Shown: positions 19,106-29,027, counted from the stretch's first letter. The stretch is DNA of 64,000 nucleotides from an uncultured Bdellovibrio sp. (GCA_963932905.1 CAWVRN010000020.1:1-64000); one strand, 5' to 3'. Numbers and translations: made by a program. The notes: generated by a model not told the origin, from the letters alone.

Positions 19106-21228
19106 GCGGTTTAGACATGAATAGAATAGATTTAAAGAAAACATGTGGTGCTTATTCGGGTTCAATTCAACGAACATTGAAAGATTTGTTTGCGATTGAC
19201 GTTGAGTCAAATGTAAATTCAGCGTCCACGACAAAATTGAAGGAACAGGATAATCTATATTTTTCAATACTGTTTACTGGACAAGTTTATGGAGAGTTTT
19301 TAATTGGTCTGTCCAGAAAAACGGCCATCAACATGTTAGGAATTCCCTACACACAAGAAAATGAAAAAGAAATTTATGAGGCCAACAGGGCGGTTATCTT
19401 AGATACCTTTAAAGAAGTTGTTAATATTGCCGCCGGATCAACTCTGGCATCTTTTAAAGAGGTATTTGAGGGATTGTCAATAACGCCTCCGCGGTCGATA
19501 GAGGGATATATAACGTTATCCTCTTATCAAATCGAAGCTGTGTCATTGCATCACCAGTTCGGGGATTTATCTTGTTACATATACGTAGACTACATGCGAT
19601 TGGATATCGTCAACACACTGACAAAAAAAGAAAATCTGATAAAGGCCGAAAAAGAGAAACAGGAAGAATTAAAACGGTTAAACAAAGCAAAATCACAATT
19701 TCTTGCGAATATGAGTCACGAACTAAGAACTCCCCTTAACGGAATTATTGGAATGTTAGACGTCTTGAAGACTTCACCTTTAGATCAAGCGCAGTTAGAG
19801 CAATTTGATGTCATTTATCGAAGCGGAGAATTTTTACTTACCTTGATTAGTGATATACTAGAATTTTCGAAAATTGAATCGGGAAAGTTGGAAATTGAAA
19901 AGCGGTCTTTTGATTTAAGGAATGCTTTAGAGACGGTAGTAGAAAGTTTAACATCTGTTATTCAAAGAAGAAATTTGGATTTTATAGTGAAAATTTCTCC
20001 TCTTATTTATGGCACTTATATTGGAGACGAAACACGCATTAAGCAAATTTTAATTAATTTACTTGGCAATGCTGCTAAATTTACTCCATCTGGATCAATA
20101 ACTTTGTCTGTAGGAGCCAATAAGGATTCTAAAATCGAAATCAAAGTAATCGACACAGGAATAGGGATTCCTGCAGAGAAGTTAGAGACTATCTTTGGTT
20201 CCTTTAGCCAAGCTGATGTTTCTGATAACAGAAAATACGGAGGAACTGGTTTAGGCTTATCTATAACTAAATCTTTTGCAACAGCTATGGGGGGAACTAT
20301 ATCAGTCGAAAGTGAAGAAGCAAAAGGAACTTGTTTTACGGTTCAGTTACCTATCCAAAAAACAGACTTTTCTGTAGCGTTTCCAAAAGAAAGAAATTCA
20401 ATATCGGACTCAAAAGTATTTGTGTTAACTCATAATAATAGACTGTTTGAATCCCTGAACGAAAACTTATGGGTAGTGGCTCCACTGGTAAGTATAGAAA
20501 GAATTGATTCCGACTATTCTAGCCATTTTGATTTTAAAGATAGGGTGTTTTTGGATTTTCAAACTGTTAAAGAATATTGCTCTACGGCACTTGAAACGAC
20601 TCCTCTATGGAAAAACATTAGAGACCAAAACGTATCTGTTGTACTGCTTGTACAGCCGAGATTTTTAGGCGAAGCCAATCAGCTTTTGACGAAACTGACG
20701 CACCCAAAAATATCCATTCTTACTGTGCCAATCCTATTAGGAAAAGTTTCAAAAATTTTAAGTAATCCGTCTGTTCTTGAAGTCACCAAAAAAGAGAATA
20801 AAGTGCCTCAGAAAGATAATCTGAATTTAGAAGCGTCTGAAAAAAAGATATTAGTAGTTGAAGATAATCCAACCAATCAGCTTGTTATAGAAAACTTACT
20901 AAAAAAACTAAATTACAGATGTCAGATCGTGAACGATGGTAAGGAAGCGGTGGAATTAATCGAAAAGGGAAAGACCTTTGATTTAATTTTTATGGACTGT
21001 CAAATGCCTATCATGAACGGATATGATGCGACCAAGGCAATTAGAAATTACGAAAAAGAATCAAACATCCATACCGTGATAATAGCTCTAACTGCCAATG
21101 CCTTTAGAGAAACAAAAGAAGAGTGTTTTGAAGCAGGCATGGATGACTTTGCAACTAAACCGTTAAAGCGAGAACTTCTTGAAGAGATACTCACTAGAAC
21201 ATTTAAAGGAAGAGCCGGGGGTAACTAG
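19102..21228 (+). CDS. Cytoplasmic hybrid histidine kinase with N-terminal CheX/CheC-like domain
   Basis: SILFTGQVYGEFLIG..FKEVVNIAAG..LSITPP (CheX-like ExxN); SHELRTP H-box, HATPase and C-terminal REC. Confidence 0.85.
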   Translation: MSGLDMNRIDLKKTCGAYSGSIQRTLKDLFAIDVESNVNSASTTKLKEQDNLYFSILFTGQVYGEFLIGLSRKTAINMLGIPYTQENEKEIYEANRAVILDTFKEVVNIAAGSTLASFKEVFEGLSITPPRSIEGYITLSSYQIEAVSLHHQFGDLSCYIYVDYMRLDIVNTLTKKENLIKAEKEKQEELKRLNKAKSQFLANMSHELRTPLNGIIGMLDVLKTSPLDQAQLEQFDVIYRSGEFLLTLISDILEFSKIESGKLEIEKRSFDLRNALETVVESLTSVIQRRNLDFIVKISPLIYGTYIGDETRIKQILINLLGNAAKFTPSGSITLSVGANKDSKIEIKVIDTGIGIPAEKLETIFGSFSQADVSDNRKYGGTGLGLSITKSFATAMGGTISVESEEAKGTCFTVQLPIQKTDFSVAFPKERNSISDSKVFVLTHNNRLFESLNENLWVVAPLVSIERIDSDYSSHFDFKDRVFLDFQTVKEYCSTALETTPLWKNIRDQNVSVVLLVQPRFLGEANQLLTKLTHPKISILTVPILLGKVSKILSNPSVLEVTKKENKVPQKDNLNLEASEKKILVVEDNPTNQLVIENLLKKLNYRCQIVNDGKEAVELIEKGKTFDLIFMDCQMPIMNGYDATKAIRNYEKESNIHTVIIALTANAFRETKEECFEAGMDDFATKPLKRELLEEILTRTFKGRAGGN

Positions 21229-21308
21229 TATCAAAATGAGCCACTAGTTTTGATCGATCAAAATTTTATGATAAAATATACTTAGATCAAAAAAAAGGTG
21301 GCACGTTT

Positions 21309-22004
21309 ATGGATGATTTAATTTTGGTTGTTGAGGACTCTCTATCCTGTCAAAAGATTGCGGTAAATACTTTAAAAAATATTGGTGAGGTAAAAGCTGT
21401 TAGAACCCTACAGGAGGCTAGAGACTATTTGTTAAATAATTCGGTAAAATTAGTGATACTAGACATCGAGTTGCCGGACGGGAATGGCTTAGAATTTTTT
21501 AGTGAGTTGCAAACAAAAATGAATTTTCCTGAGACACCGGTCATAGTGACTTCTGGTAGTAGTGATATCTGCACAAAAGTAACAGCATTTTCATACGGGG
21601 CGGAGGACTATTTGGTAAAGCCCTATTCACCAATGGAACTCCGGGCAAGAATTGAGAGGGTTTTTCGTTCTGGAAGGTCAGGGTCGTTATTCAGAGAATT
21701 GAAATCAGGCTTAACCCTTGATTTTAATAAATTTAAAGCAACTTATTTGGAGAAAGAGGAAGAAGTCGATTTAAATTTAACACCCCACGAATTTAAAATT
21801 CTAAGTTTGTTTTTGAAAAATCCCGAAAATGTCTATTCCCGAGAAAAAATATTGGACCTGGTGTGGGGCCATGATGTTTATCTAAATGAAAGAACCGTAG
21901 ATACCCACATTTCTTCACTGAGAAAAAAATTAGGCAATTTAGGCATTTCTATAGTAACAATTCGAGGAGACGGATATAAATCGGCTTTTAAGAAACCCGC
22001 CTGA
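21309..22004 (+). CDS. OmpR/PhoB-family response regulator
   Basis: REC plus wHTH (LTPHEF, RTVDTHISSLRKKL, TIRGDGY). Confidence 0.92.
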   Translation: MDDLILVVEDSLSCQKIAVNTLKNIGEVKAVRTLQEARDYLLNNSVKLVILDIELPDGNGLEFFSELQTKMNFPETPVIVTSGSSDICTKVTAFSYGAEDYLVKPYSPMELRARIERVFRSGRSGSLFRELKSGLTLDFNKFKATYLEKEEEVDLNLTPHEFKILSLFLKNPENVYSREKILDLVWGHDVYLNERTVDTHISSLRKKLGNLGISIVTIRGDGYKSAFKKPA

Positions 22005-22307
22005 TAGGTACTTACTGGCCTTCTAAAAACTGGATCGTTGACAAGCGGACTGTGAATCGTTGGTCTCGCTTGCAAAAAGAGTCTGCGAAAGTAAAAACCG
22101 AAAAAAGCATTGCCTATTCAAAGCAACATTTTGCTTACAATTTTTTAATTCAGCTCTCTGCCGTCTCAAAAAAATTGAGATGGTTAAAAGCAGAAAACCG
22201 TCATCGGATAACCAACCTAAAGAAGAATAAGATCATTCTTAATTCAATTTTTGGGTGGGGCCTCTAAGTCAAATCATTGAAGCAAATTTAACTTATACAG
22301 TTATAAC

Positions 22308-23144
22308 CTACTTTACCTGCTGTTCGCCTGGGTCTAGTTTAAAGTTTCCATCCTCGTCTAATCCTAAAGTCGATTCCGTTTCAAAACCCTTTCTAAAACA
22401 CGTAAACAGGTCACTAGCGCTTGGGTCGATGGTGGGGCATGGATTGGAGGCTGGAACTCGATTGGTATCATCAATAGCATTGTTTGAAGTTATAATCGAA
22501 AGATTCATTTTTTTAATTAAGTTAGCTACTTTAAGCTCAACTAGAAGTGTTTTGTTTTCCAATGGCGTAACGGCAGTAGCTCCAGAAATTTGAGACTCTG
22601 ATTCATCAAAGGTCGAAAATGAAAAACCATGCCCATTCACTGTTCCTTCAACATAAAGACTCTTGTTCAATAATCCTGAAGGTGCACCTTCTGGTAGGGT
22701 GGATGTCCGAATTAATTTCATTTTAATTCTGCGAATTTCTTTAATTCCGACTTGATTAGAGCCCAATATGGTAGGTGCTTCGGAAAACAAATTGACCGTG
22801 TAAGGGCCTTTGAAGTCAACGTTTGAACCTGTCTCTTCCCCTGATTCAACGTTTTCGGCAGTTTTGAATTCGAGCTCGCCAATAGTGATCCAGTTTTTGT
22901 TCAATTGAACTGAATTTCCTGCAGAATCAGTCAATGATGTTGGCGCCGGAAACGCAAATAATTTAGGTATCAATAATTCTATGAGATGCTTTGGGTTATG
23001 CCTGAAATACACCGTTGAAACGGTTGAAGAGCTGGTCAGTGCGGCCGAGATTGAAGGATTTCCCGTCGTTGTGTTTTGAGACTTTTTTTGACAACTGAGT
23101 CCGAATATAAAAATTAAGAAAACTAAATTTGTTTTGAGTTTCAT
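22308..23144 (-). CDS. Hypothetical lipoprotein (paralog A)
   Basis: Lipobox GLSC; shares motif blocks with 24077-24928. Confidence 0.8.
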   Translation of the reverse strand: MKLKTNLVFLIFIFGLSCQKKSQNTTTGNPSISAALTSSSTVSTVYFRHNPKHLIELLIPKLFAFPAPTSLTDSAGNSVQLNKNWITIGELEFKTAENVESGEETGSNVDFKGPYTVNLFSEAPTILGSNQVGIKEIRRIKMKLIRTSTLPEGAPSGLLNKSLYVEGTVNGHGFSFSTFDESESQISGATAVTPLENKTLLVELKVANLIKKMNLSIITSNNAIDDTNRVPASNPCPTIDPSASDLFTCFRKGFETESTLGLDEDGNFKLDPGEQQVK

Positions 23145-23983
23145 TTTGTAGGCTCCTCTAACTGTGTAGTTAACAGCGGAAATGCGGCAATTTCGATGTG
23201 ATAAACATTGTTCTTATCTAAACTTCCTTTGTTAACTTCGTTAATAGAATCGACTGCTCGTTGAATAATTTGTTTTATCTTTTCGAAGTCCTGTTTGTTG
23301 ACAGCCATCGTTTGACCCATAATAAATCGTTCATCTCGTGTGCTTCTGTGGATCGACTCGTGGGCCAACTCAAGCATTTGTTTGTGAAATTCTCCCAAGC
23401 TGATTTTGTAAATGCCCTCAGTGCAATCAAGTCTTGGTGATGCCTGAGTCCAAGTACCGTTTGGATTTTCATTTATAAATTGATGTTGCTTTAAGAATTC
23501 GAGACTTTGCTCAATATCCGCTATGGTCAATTTTCTCTTTAATCGCTTTTGAATATTTTCAGGGGTCATCTCAAAACCATCTAAATTGAACATTTCATAA
23601 ATGGCAACATGATGCCACTTTGTCAGATAGTCGAATGTTCTATTTTCTGAAGCATTGACTGTTCTGAACTTTTTAAATTTCATCATTTCATTCAGGCAGT
23701 CCAAGCGAAGCTTTGGTTCTTCAGTTAGCCCTAAAACACGAAGTAAATTCATAAATTTTTTCTCGTCCTCTAGAAGTCCTAAATGGGGAGCTATCTTTAA
23801 AAATGCTTTTTCTGTTAAGCTTCGTTCTCGTTTTAAAATCATGTTCATATATCCGACAGCAACTCCGGTTTGCTTTGAAAAATTCCGAATAGAAAAGTCA
23901 TTTTTTGTTTTCCGCAAATAAGTCAGCCAATCATTCAAAAATTTCACTAAATCAAGGTATTGAAATATATTTGGTCTATCCAT
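23141..23983 (-). CDS. TIGR02147/DUF4423 family protein (HTH N-terminus)
   Basis: PNIFQYLD..FL..FSIRNFS, WHHVAIYEM, FHKQMLELA..SI...R and VYHIEIAAFPL. Confidence 0.85.
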   Translation of the reverse strand: MDRPNIFQYLDLVKFLNDWLTYLRKTKNDFSIRNFSKQTGVAVGYMNMILKRERSLTEKAFLKIAPHLGLLEDEKKFMNLLRVLGLTEEPKLRLDCLNEMMKFKKFRTVNASENRTFDYLTKWHHVAIYEMFNLDGFEMTPENIQKRLKRKLTIADIEQSLEFLKQHQFINENPNGTWTQASPRLDCTEGIYKISLGEFHKQMLELAHESIHRSTRDERFIMGQTMAVNKQDFEKIKQIIQRAVDSINEVNKGSLDKNNVYHIEIAAFPLLTTQLEEPTK

Positions 23984-23999
23984 TTTTCTTTCATTTACG

Positions 24000-24023
24000 G
24001 ACGGCCATCGAAAGATGGCCGTC
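24000..24023. other. GC-rich intercistronic hairpin GACGGCCATC-GAAA-GATGGCCGTC
   Basis: Perfect 10-bp stem; no U-tract in the direction of transcription. Confidence 0.7.
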
Positions 24024-24076
24024 TCAAAAAGTGACTTACTTATTTCAAATAAATCACATTCTTTTTATATCTATTG

Positions 24077-24928
24077 CTACTTTACTTTATCCTCATCTGC
24101 ATCTAATGAGCTATCACCATTTTTATCCAAACCTAGGTTGGCATGCTTTTCCAAACCTTTTCGAATGCAGGTATACAAATCATTAGCACTGGTATCAATC
24201 GACGTGCACAAGTTTGATCCAGTATGTCTATTATTGTGGTCTATGACCTCGTTATTAGTCACCGAAGATAGATCAATCTGCTTGAAAATATTTGCTATCT
24301 GTATCTCCACCATGATTTGAGAATTTTCAGAAGGTTGAAATGCCGACGATCCGCCAATCTGATATTCCGTGCCATCATCCAATTGGAACGTGAAATTTCG
24401 TCCCCCTACGGACCCGGCCATGTATATGCTATTGCTAGCTAGTCCGGCCGGAGCATCGGTTGGTAGTTGGGCTTGAGTCGCTTCGAGTTTCATTTTAATT
24501 CGTTTTATACTTTTTTTAGTAATACTCTGTGTATCCAATGCCTGCGGTGCTGAAGAAAGTAGGTTCACAAAATATGGTCCTTTAAATGAAACCTCGGATT
24601 GGCTATCCTCTGAGCCGCCCGCCGTTTCTTCTGATTTAAACTCGATCTCTTTTATAACTGTCCACGCACTGGAAAGTGTGATCGCAGAGCCCTGGGCGTC
24701 GACAATCGAAGTCGGAACTAATGCGTGCGCAGTCTTGATAAGGACATTCCACAGTGTTGGCTTTTGACTGCTCGCTACCGAGGCGGTCGATGCGGACCCA
24801 GTCATCTTGAATGACGAGGTTACCTGTGTCGTTCCTGAGTCGTTCTTGCTTGAACAGCTGATCATCGTTCCACAAACAGCTAAGGTTAGAATTGACTTGA
24901 TAGACTGAAATGTTTCTTGTTTCTTCAT
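24077..24928 (-). CDS. Hypothetical lipoprotein (paralog B)
   Basis: Lipobox MISC; AAGGAG RBS; paralog of 22308-23144. Confidence 0.8.
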   Translation of the reverse strand: MKKQETFQSIKSILTLAVCGTMISCSSKNDSGTTQVTSSFKMTGSASTASVASSQKPTLWNVLIKTAHALVPTSIVDAQGSAITLSSAWTVIKEIEFKSEETAGGSEDSQSEVSFKGPYFVNLLSSAPQALDTQSITKKSIKRIKMKLEATQAQLPTDAPAGLASNSIYMAGSVGGRNFTFQLDDGTEYQIGGSSAFQPSENSQIMVEIQIANIFKQIDLSSVTNNEVIDHNNRHTGSNLCTSIDTSANDLYTCIRKGLEKHANLGLDKNGDSSLDADEDKVK

Positions 24929-24989
24929 TTTAAACTCCTTTTTTGTTTCTAATTTGAGCTCCTCATGAGTCCCAAATCATCACAAATAC

Positions 24990-25018
24990 AGTCTAACATT
25001 TTAATGTGTTTCGTTCAA
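24990..25018 (-). promoter_or_regulatory. sigma70-like promoter TTGAAC-N17-TAGACT with extended TG
   Basis: Consensus spacing upstream of lipoprotein B. Confidence 0.55.
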
Positions 25019-25496
25019 TTATGTGAACGTTATAATCATACAAATGTACATATTAATCAATAATAACATATATTTATATACGTATTGAAATGATAATATT
25101 TAATTTGTATCTGATAAATGTGAACAGTGTGAGCGTATTTTTTTTGAGACAGAAGTTTCTAGTTTGAGGGAGCGCTTGAAAGATGTATGGGTTAGACCAC
25201 AAATAGGGGAAGGGACCATGAGGGGAGAACAGACCAACACCGCTTAGAACTCGCTGCTGGTCGAGGAACTTGCCTGCTAAAATTGCTGGATTCGAGATGA
25301 CTCGGATGGGGCGGGCTCACCACTGGTTATTGGTTTGCCGGCAAGATATGCTTTAATAGCTTTAGTTAGGCGATCATCATCCTGAATCTTCCCCCCGAAG
25401 TCATTCAGGAGTTTTTGAAATTCCTCCGGGGATTTGATCCACTACCAATCGAAATCTATTTGAGCGGTCACTAGATCAAGTCCTAACTTCTATACT

Positions 25497-26132
25497 TTAT
25501 TCCTTTACCTCAGCCATATTTTTAAAATTGTCGTAAGTTTTTTGTTGTTTATCGATTTCCTTATTCCAGCGAGTAATTTCGCCTTCATAGCCGATTTTCT
25601 TGTTTTTCCATTCGTTCGCTTGAGTGTTAACAGATTTTATTTTGTCCGCGACCTGCTTTTCTTGGTCTTTTAGACCTTGAATACGTGTCGTCCATTGTTT
25701 TTTCTCTTCTGCTATTTGAGTCGACTGAGTTTCATAGTCTTTGATATTCTGATTACGCTTAACTTGATTTTCCTTGATCTTTGCAATCAAATCTTCCAAC
25801 TCTTTGATCTTTTTGTCTTCTTGAGCGAGTTTGTTTTTTTCATCGTTCAATAGATTTTGAAGTTCTTTTTCGTTGGCTTCGACTTTTTTCATCGACGCTT
25901 GATTTTCTTTTAAAGATTTCGCTACTTGAGCTTTTTGGTCGTCGACTTCTTTCTTTGCTTTATTAACTTCCTGAATATTTTTTTCAACCATACTTAGGTT
26001 TTTTTTGTAGTCATCCAAGTTTAGTTTCGCGTTGTCGATATTTGATTTAATTTTTGCTAATGTATCGGCGCTGTTTGGTTTAGCAAATGATACCGTAGCT
26101 GTAAGTAAAAATAGTAATGATATCCGTTTCAT
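25497..26132 (-). CDS. Exported coiled-coil protein, last gene of the gliding operon
   Basis: Signal peptide ending SFA; long K/E/Q coiled coil; AGGAGG RBS. Confidence 0.8.
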   Translation of the reverse strand: MKRISLLFLLTATVSFAKPNSADTLAKIKSNIDNAKLNLDDYKKNLSMVEKNIQEVNKAKKEVDDQKAQVAKSLKENQASMKKVEANEKELQNLLNDEKNKLAQEDKKIKELEDLIAKIKENQVKRNQNIKDYETQSTQIAEEKKQWTTRIQGLKDQEKQVADKIKSVNTQANEWKNKKIGYEGEITRWNKEIDKQQKTYDNFKNMAEVKE

Positions 26133-26133
26133 A

Positions 26134-28209
26134 TTAGTTTCCCTCCTGTGCGCACACATTTTTTAGAGACGAACGGAAATGGCCGATCTCGTCTTCCCAA
26201 ATTTCACCCTGAAAGTTCCATTTTACTTTTTTATCTTTTTCTTTGGCCAATTGCGCCGCTGCTAATTCACGTGCCTTTGGATCATCACCTTTTACATCTT
26301 GGCTAACCGTTTGGAAACGTAAGTGTTCACCAGCACCGGAATACACTTCGTATTGAAGCAATTCATTTTGATCTAAAAGATCTTTAAGATCGCCGGTCAA
26401 TTGGGTTAAGCGTTCTTTCAATACAATACCAGCGCGAGCGCGGTGTTTCGATTTATCTTTATCGATACGAGCAAACGAAACGTCGCGGATACTCTTTACT
26501 GTGTCACGCGCGGTTTTTACACCTTGTTGCTGATATTTAAAGCTTTGCAACTTCTTTAGAATCATTTGCTCTTCACCTTTTAGAATCTCTTTGTTTTTCT
26601 TGGGATCTAAAAGTCCGGCACGGACGTTGGCTAGATCTTGACTTAGAGCACCTTGTTTTTTGATCAAGTCTTTTTCACGTTGGATCAAACTTAATGTCAC
26701 TTGGTTAAACGCCGTGATTTCGTCTTCTAAACGATTGATATCTTTTTGTACCGTGATGAATGACGGGTGACGTGCCAGTTCGATAATGAACGACCGCGGA
26801 ACACCATCCACATCTTTTTGATCTGGATTTTTAAGCCACGATCTAACGGTTTGATAGTAATCTGCGGCCTCTTTCTTTTGCGATACGTAGGTTTCAATAC
26901 GTCCATAATAAGGAGCGTATTTTCTGCCCAATGCCGTTAGAACCTGCAAGCTGTCACCGAATTGACACAAATTTAAATAACTGACCGTACGAACCACATA
27001 GGATTCTGGATTGTACGCATTCTTAAAAAAGTCTGTATGTAACGAGAACATATTTCCGGCAGCGCCTTCATAGTCGTTAATCAGAATTTGTGTCCAAGCT
27101 AATTCCACCATGGCTTGCAACCACAGTGGATGGTCCTTGTCGACTGCAAGATATAACTTCTGTGCTTCTTTATAGTCTTGTTTTTGAAATTTGATACGCG
27201 CCAAAGTTAATGATGCTAATGTTTGGATTGCTGTTAACGACTGTTTGTTTTTTAAAACTTCATCAATGTAAGCCTCAGCTTCAGAAATCTTACCTTGACG
27301 ATATTTTGAAAGACCCGCGATGAACCTGGATTCTGGATAAAATTCAGATTTTTCAGGAATCAATGCTAAAGCCGCTTCCACTTCTGTTAAGTTACCTTTT
27401 TCTAAGTAGTATTTAGCGCGGTAGAATTGATAACCATCGTACTTGTCCGCGTCGAAATCAACGTTTTCAACCAGTGGGTCGATGTCGCCGATATCGTTGA
27501 TTTCAAGTAAAAAGGCACCTTTCACTAGTTCCTCCGTCGCCCACAGTTTTAAATCTTTTGATTTTGACTGTGAGGATACTTTTACAAGCGCATTTTTAAA
27601 TTCCGAATACAGCTTTAGTTCTTTGCTTGTTAAACCATAGTGGTAATAAGCTTCTAAACCGAATTCTTTATCTTTTAATAGCTCACCGAAGTGTGCAAGC
27701 GCCATTTCGTAATTTTTGATATTCTCGAAGTAGATTTGGCCTTCCAACAATTTGAATTCTTGCGGTTTAAACAGAGTAATATCTTTCAGTGCCACATTGG
27801 GTTCTAAGAATGTCGGCTGATAGGTATCTTTCAATGCTTCTAAGGCCGGTACCGCCGCGATTGTTTTTGGCGATGAAATTGTTTTCACTGGATTCAACGC
27901 CGGGATCGTGGTCACCTTCTTATCCATTTCAACCATTTTTACGATATTAGGCTTACGGATTTTCTCGTTCTGAACTTGAAATTGAGTCAAATTAACTTGA
28001 GTTTCTTTATAGCTTATTTCGTTTTCTGTCCCGATATCCAACCGAGGAATATCTTGGCCAGGTTTAAAATCAAACGATGGAACTTTTGATTTTTTAATTT
28101 TTAGCTTACGGGACGGCGTAGATCCCTTCGTTATTACTTCCAATTGAGCTTGCGCTAGGAATGGAACAAGTAATGCCAAAATAGCTAAATTAATTTTTGC
28201 CTTAGTCAT
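26134..28209 (-). CDS. TPR protein, GltC-like gliding component
   Basis: Signal peptide, TPR-like repeats, C-terminal WNFQGEIWEDEIGHFRSSLKNVC motif. Confidence 0.75.
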   Translation of the reverse strand: MTKAKINLAILALLVPFLAQAQLEVITKGSTPSRKLKIKKSKVPSFDFKPGQDIPRLDIGTENEISYKETQVNLTQFQVQNEKIRKPNIVKMVEMDKKVTTIPALNPVKTISSPKTIAAVPALEALKDTYQPTFLEPNVALKDITLFKPQEFKLLEGQIYFENIKNYEMALAHFGELLKDKEFGLEAYYHYGLTSKELKLYSEFKNALVKVSSQSKSKDLKLWATEELVKGAFLLEINDIGDIDPLVENVDFDADKYDGYQFYRAKYYLEKGNLTEVEAALALIPEKSEFYPESRFIAGLSKYRQGKISEAEAYIDEVLKNKQSLTAIQTLASLTLARIKFQKQDYKEAQKLYLAVDKDHPLWLQAMVELAWTQILINDYEGAAGNMFSLHTDFFKNAYNPESYVVRTVSYLNLCQFGDSLQVLTALGRKYAPYYGRIETYVSQKKEAADYYQTVRSWLKNPDQKDVDGVPRSFIIELARHPSFITVQKDINRLEDEITAFNQVTLSLIQREKDLIKKQGALSQDLANVRAGLLDPKKNKEILKGEEQMILKKLQSFKYQQQGVKTARDTVKSIRDVSFARIDKDKSKHRARAGIVLKERLTQLTGDLKDLLDQNELLQYEVYSGAGEHLRFQTVSQDVKGDDPKARELAAAQLAKEKDKKVKWNFQGEIWEDEIGHFRSSLKNVCAQEGN

Positions 28210-28217
28210 AGTTCCCT

Positions 28218-29027
28218 CTATTTCCAAAATGTAACGCCAAATTGAAAGGCGGTATCATTTATCATCTTAGACCCGATGTCTTGACCATTCGTTGAGTTCA
28301 CGCGTGCTTCGTTAGTGTAGCGATTAATTAAATCGATGCGGATCGCCCAGTGTTCCGTTAAGAAGAATTGCTGCATAATAGAGAACGAGTAGTGCGATGC
28401 TGATTTAGAAGACTTTGTAATACCTTCTAGACCCGTTCCTGATTTACAGTTCTCTAGCACCGTACACGAGTTTTGTTCGAAGGTTGTATTACCCAGACCC
28501 AAGCCGAAACCCATGTCAAAGTAGATAATTTTCTTATCTAACAAGCTCATTTTTGCGTAGATGGGTACCCAGTACGCCATTATTGTCTGTGCTGATTTAA
28601 ATGTGTTGTGGTCGGGCAAGACTCCGTAACGTTTTTTAAAGTAGTCAACGGTATCGTTGAATCCAAAATTAGCATTTACATAGTTGAATTCTAAACCAAA
28701 GCGTTCGTTAAAGAAGTAACCTAAATTCATGCCCGTTAAGCTACCGACAGAGTTCGGGTCATTAAACGGAACACCGTAATTTAATGATAAGAATGCACGT
28801 TTTTCTTTTTGGAAGGCGCGGTTTTGGATAACACTGAAATCGTCATCTTTAGCTGACCAATATTTTTGTTCTAATTTTTGGATGTCCAATTTATCGGAAT
28901 CCACGTTTTCAATTTTTTTTGGTTCCTCCGCTGGCTTAGCTTGTTGTTGAGCCAGAACGGTGGTCGAAAATGAGATTAAAATCCCAAGGCAAAGCAATGC
29001 TACTGATGTCGGTTGATGGTATGCCAC
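28218..29027 (-). CDS. Outer-membrane beta-barrel protein, GltA/GltB-like
   Basis: FSVIQNRAFQK, PIYAKMS, amphipathic strands and aromatic C-terminus; operon context. Confidence 0.75.
   Translation of the reverse strand: MAYHQPTSVALLCLGILISFSTTVLAQQQAKPAEEPKKIENVDSDKLDIQKLEQKYWSAKDDDFSVIQNRAFQKEKRAFLSLNYGVPFNDPNSVGSLTGMNLGYFFNERFGLEFNYVNANFGFNDTVDYFKKRYGVLPDHNTFKSAQTIMAYWVPIYAKMSLLDKKIIYFDMGFGLGLGNTTFEQNSCTVLENCKSGTGLEGITKSSKSASHYSFSIMQQFFLTEHWAIRIDLINRYTNEARVNSTNGQDIGSKMINDTAFQFGVTFWK

Noticed and set aside
22052..22267. 71-aa ORF after the OmpR gene
   Set aside because: No RBS or motif; reads as intergenic sequence
14891..25205. GGTTAG(A)CCACA similarity at both ends of the accessory block as att sites
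   Set aside because: The match is short and gapped, with no integrase or tRNA nearby
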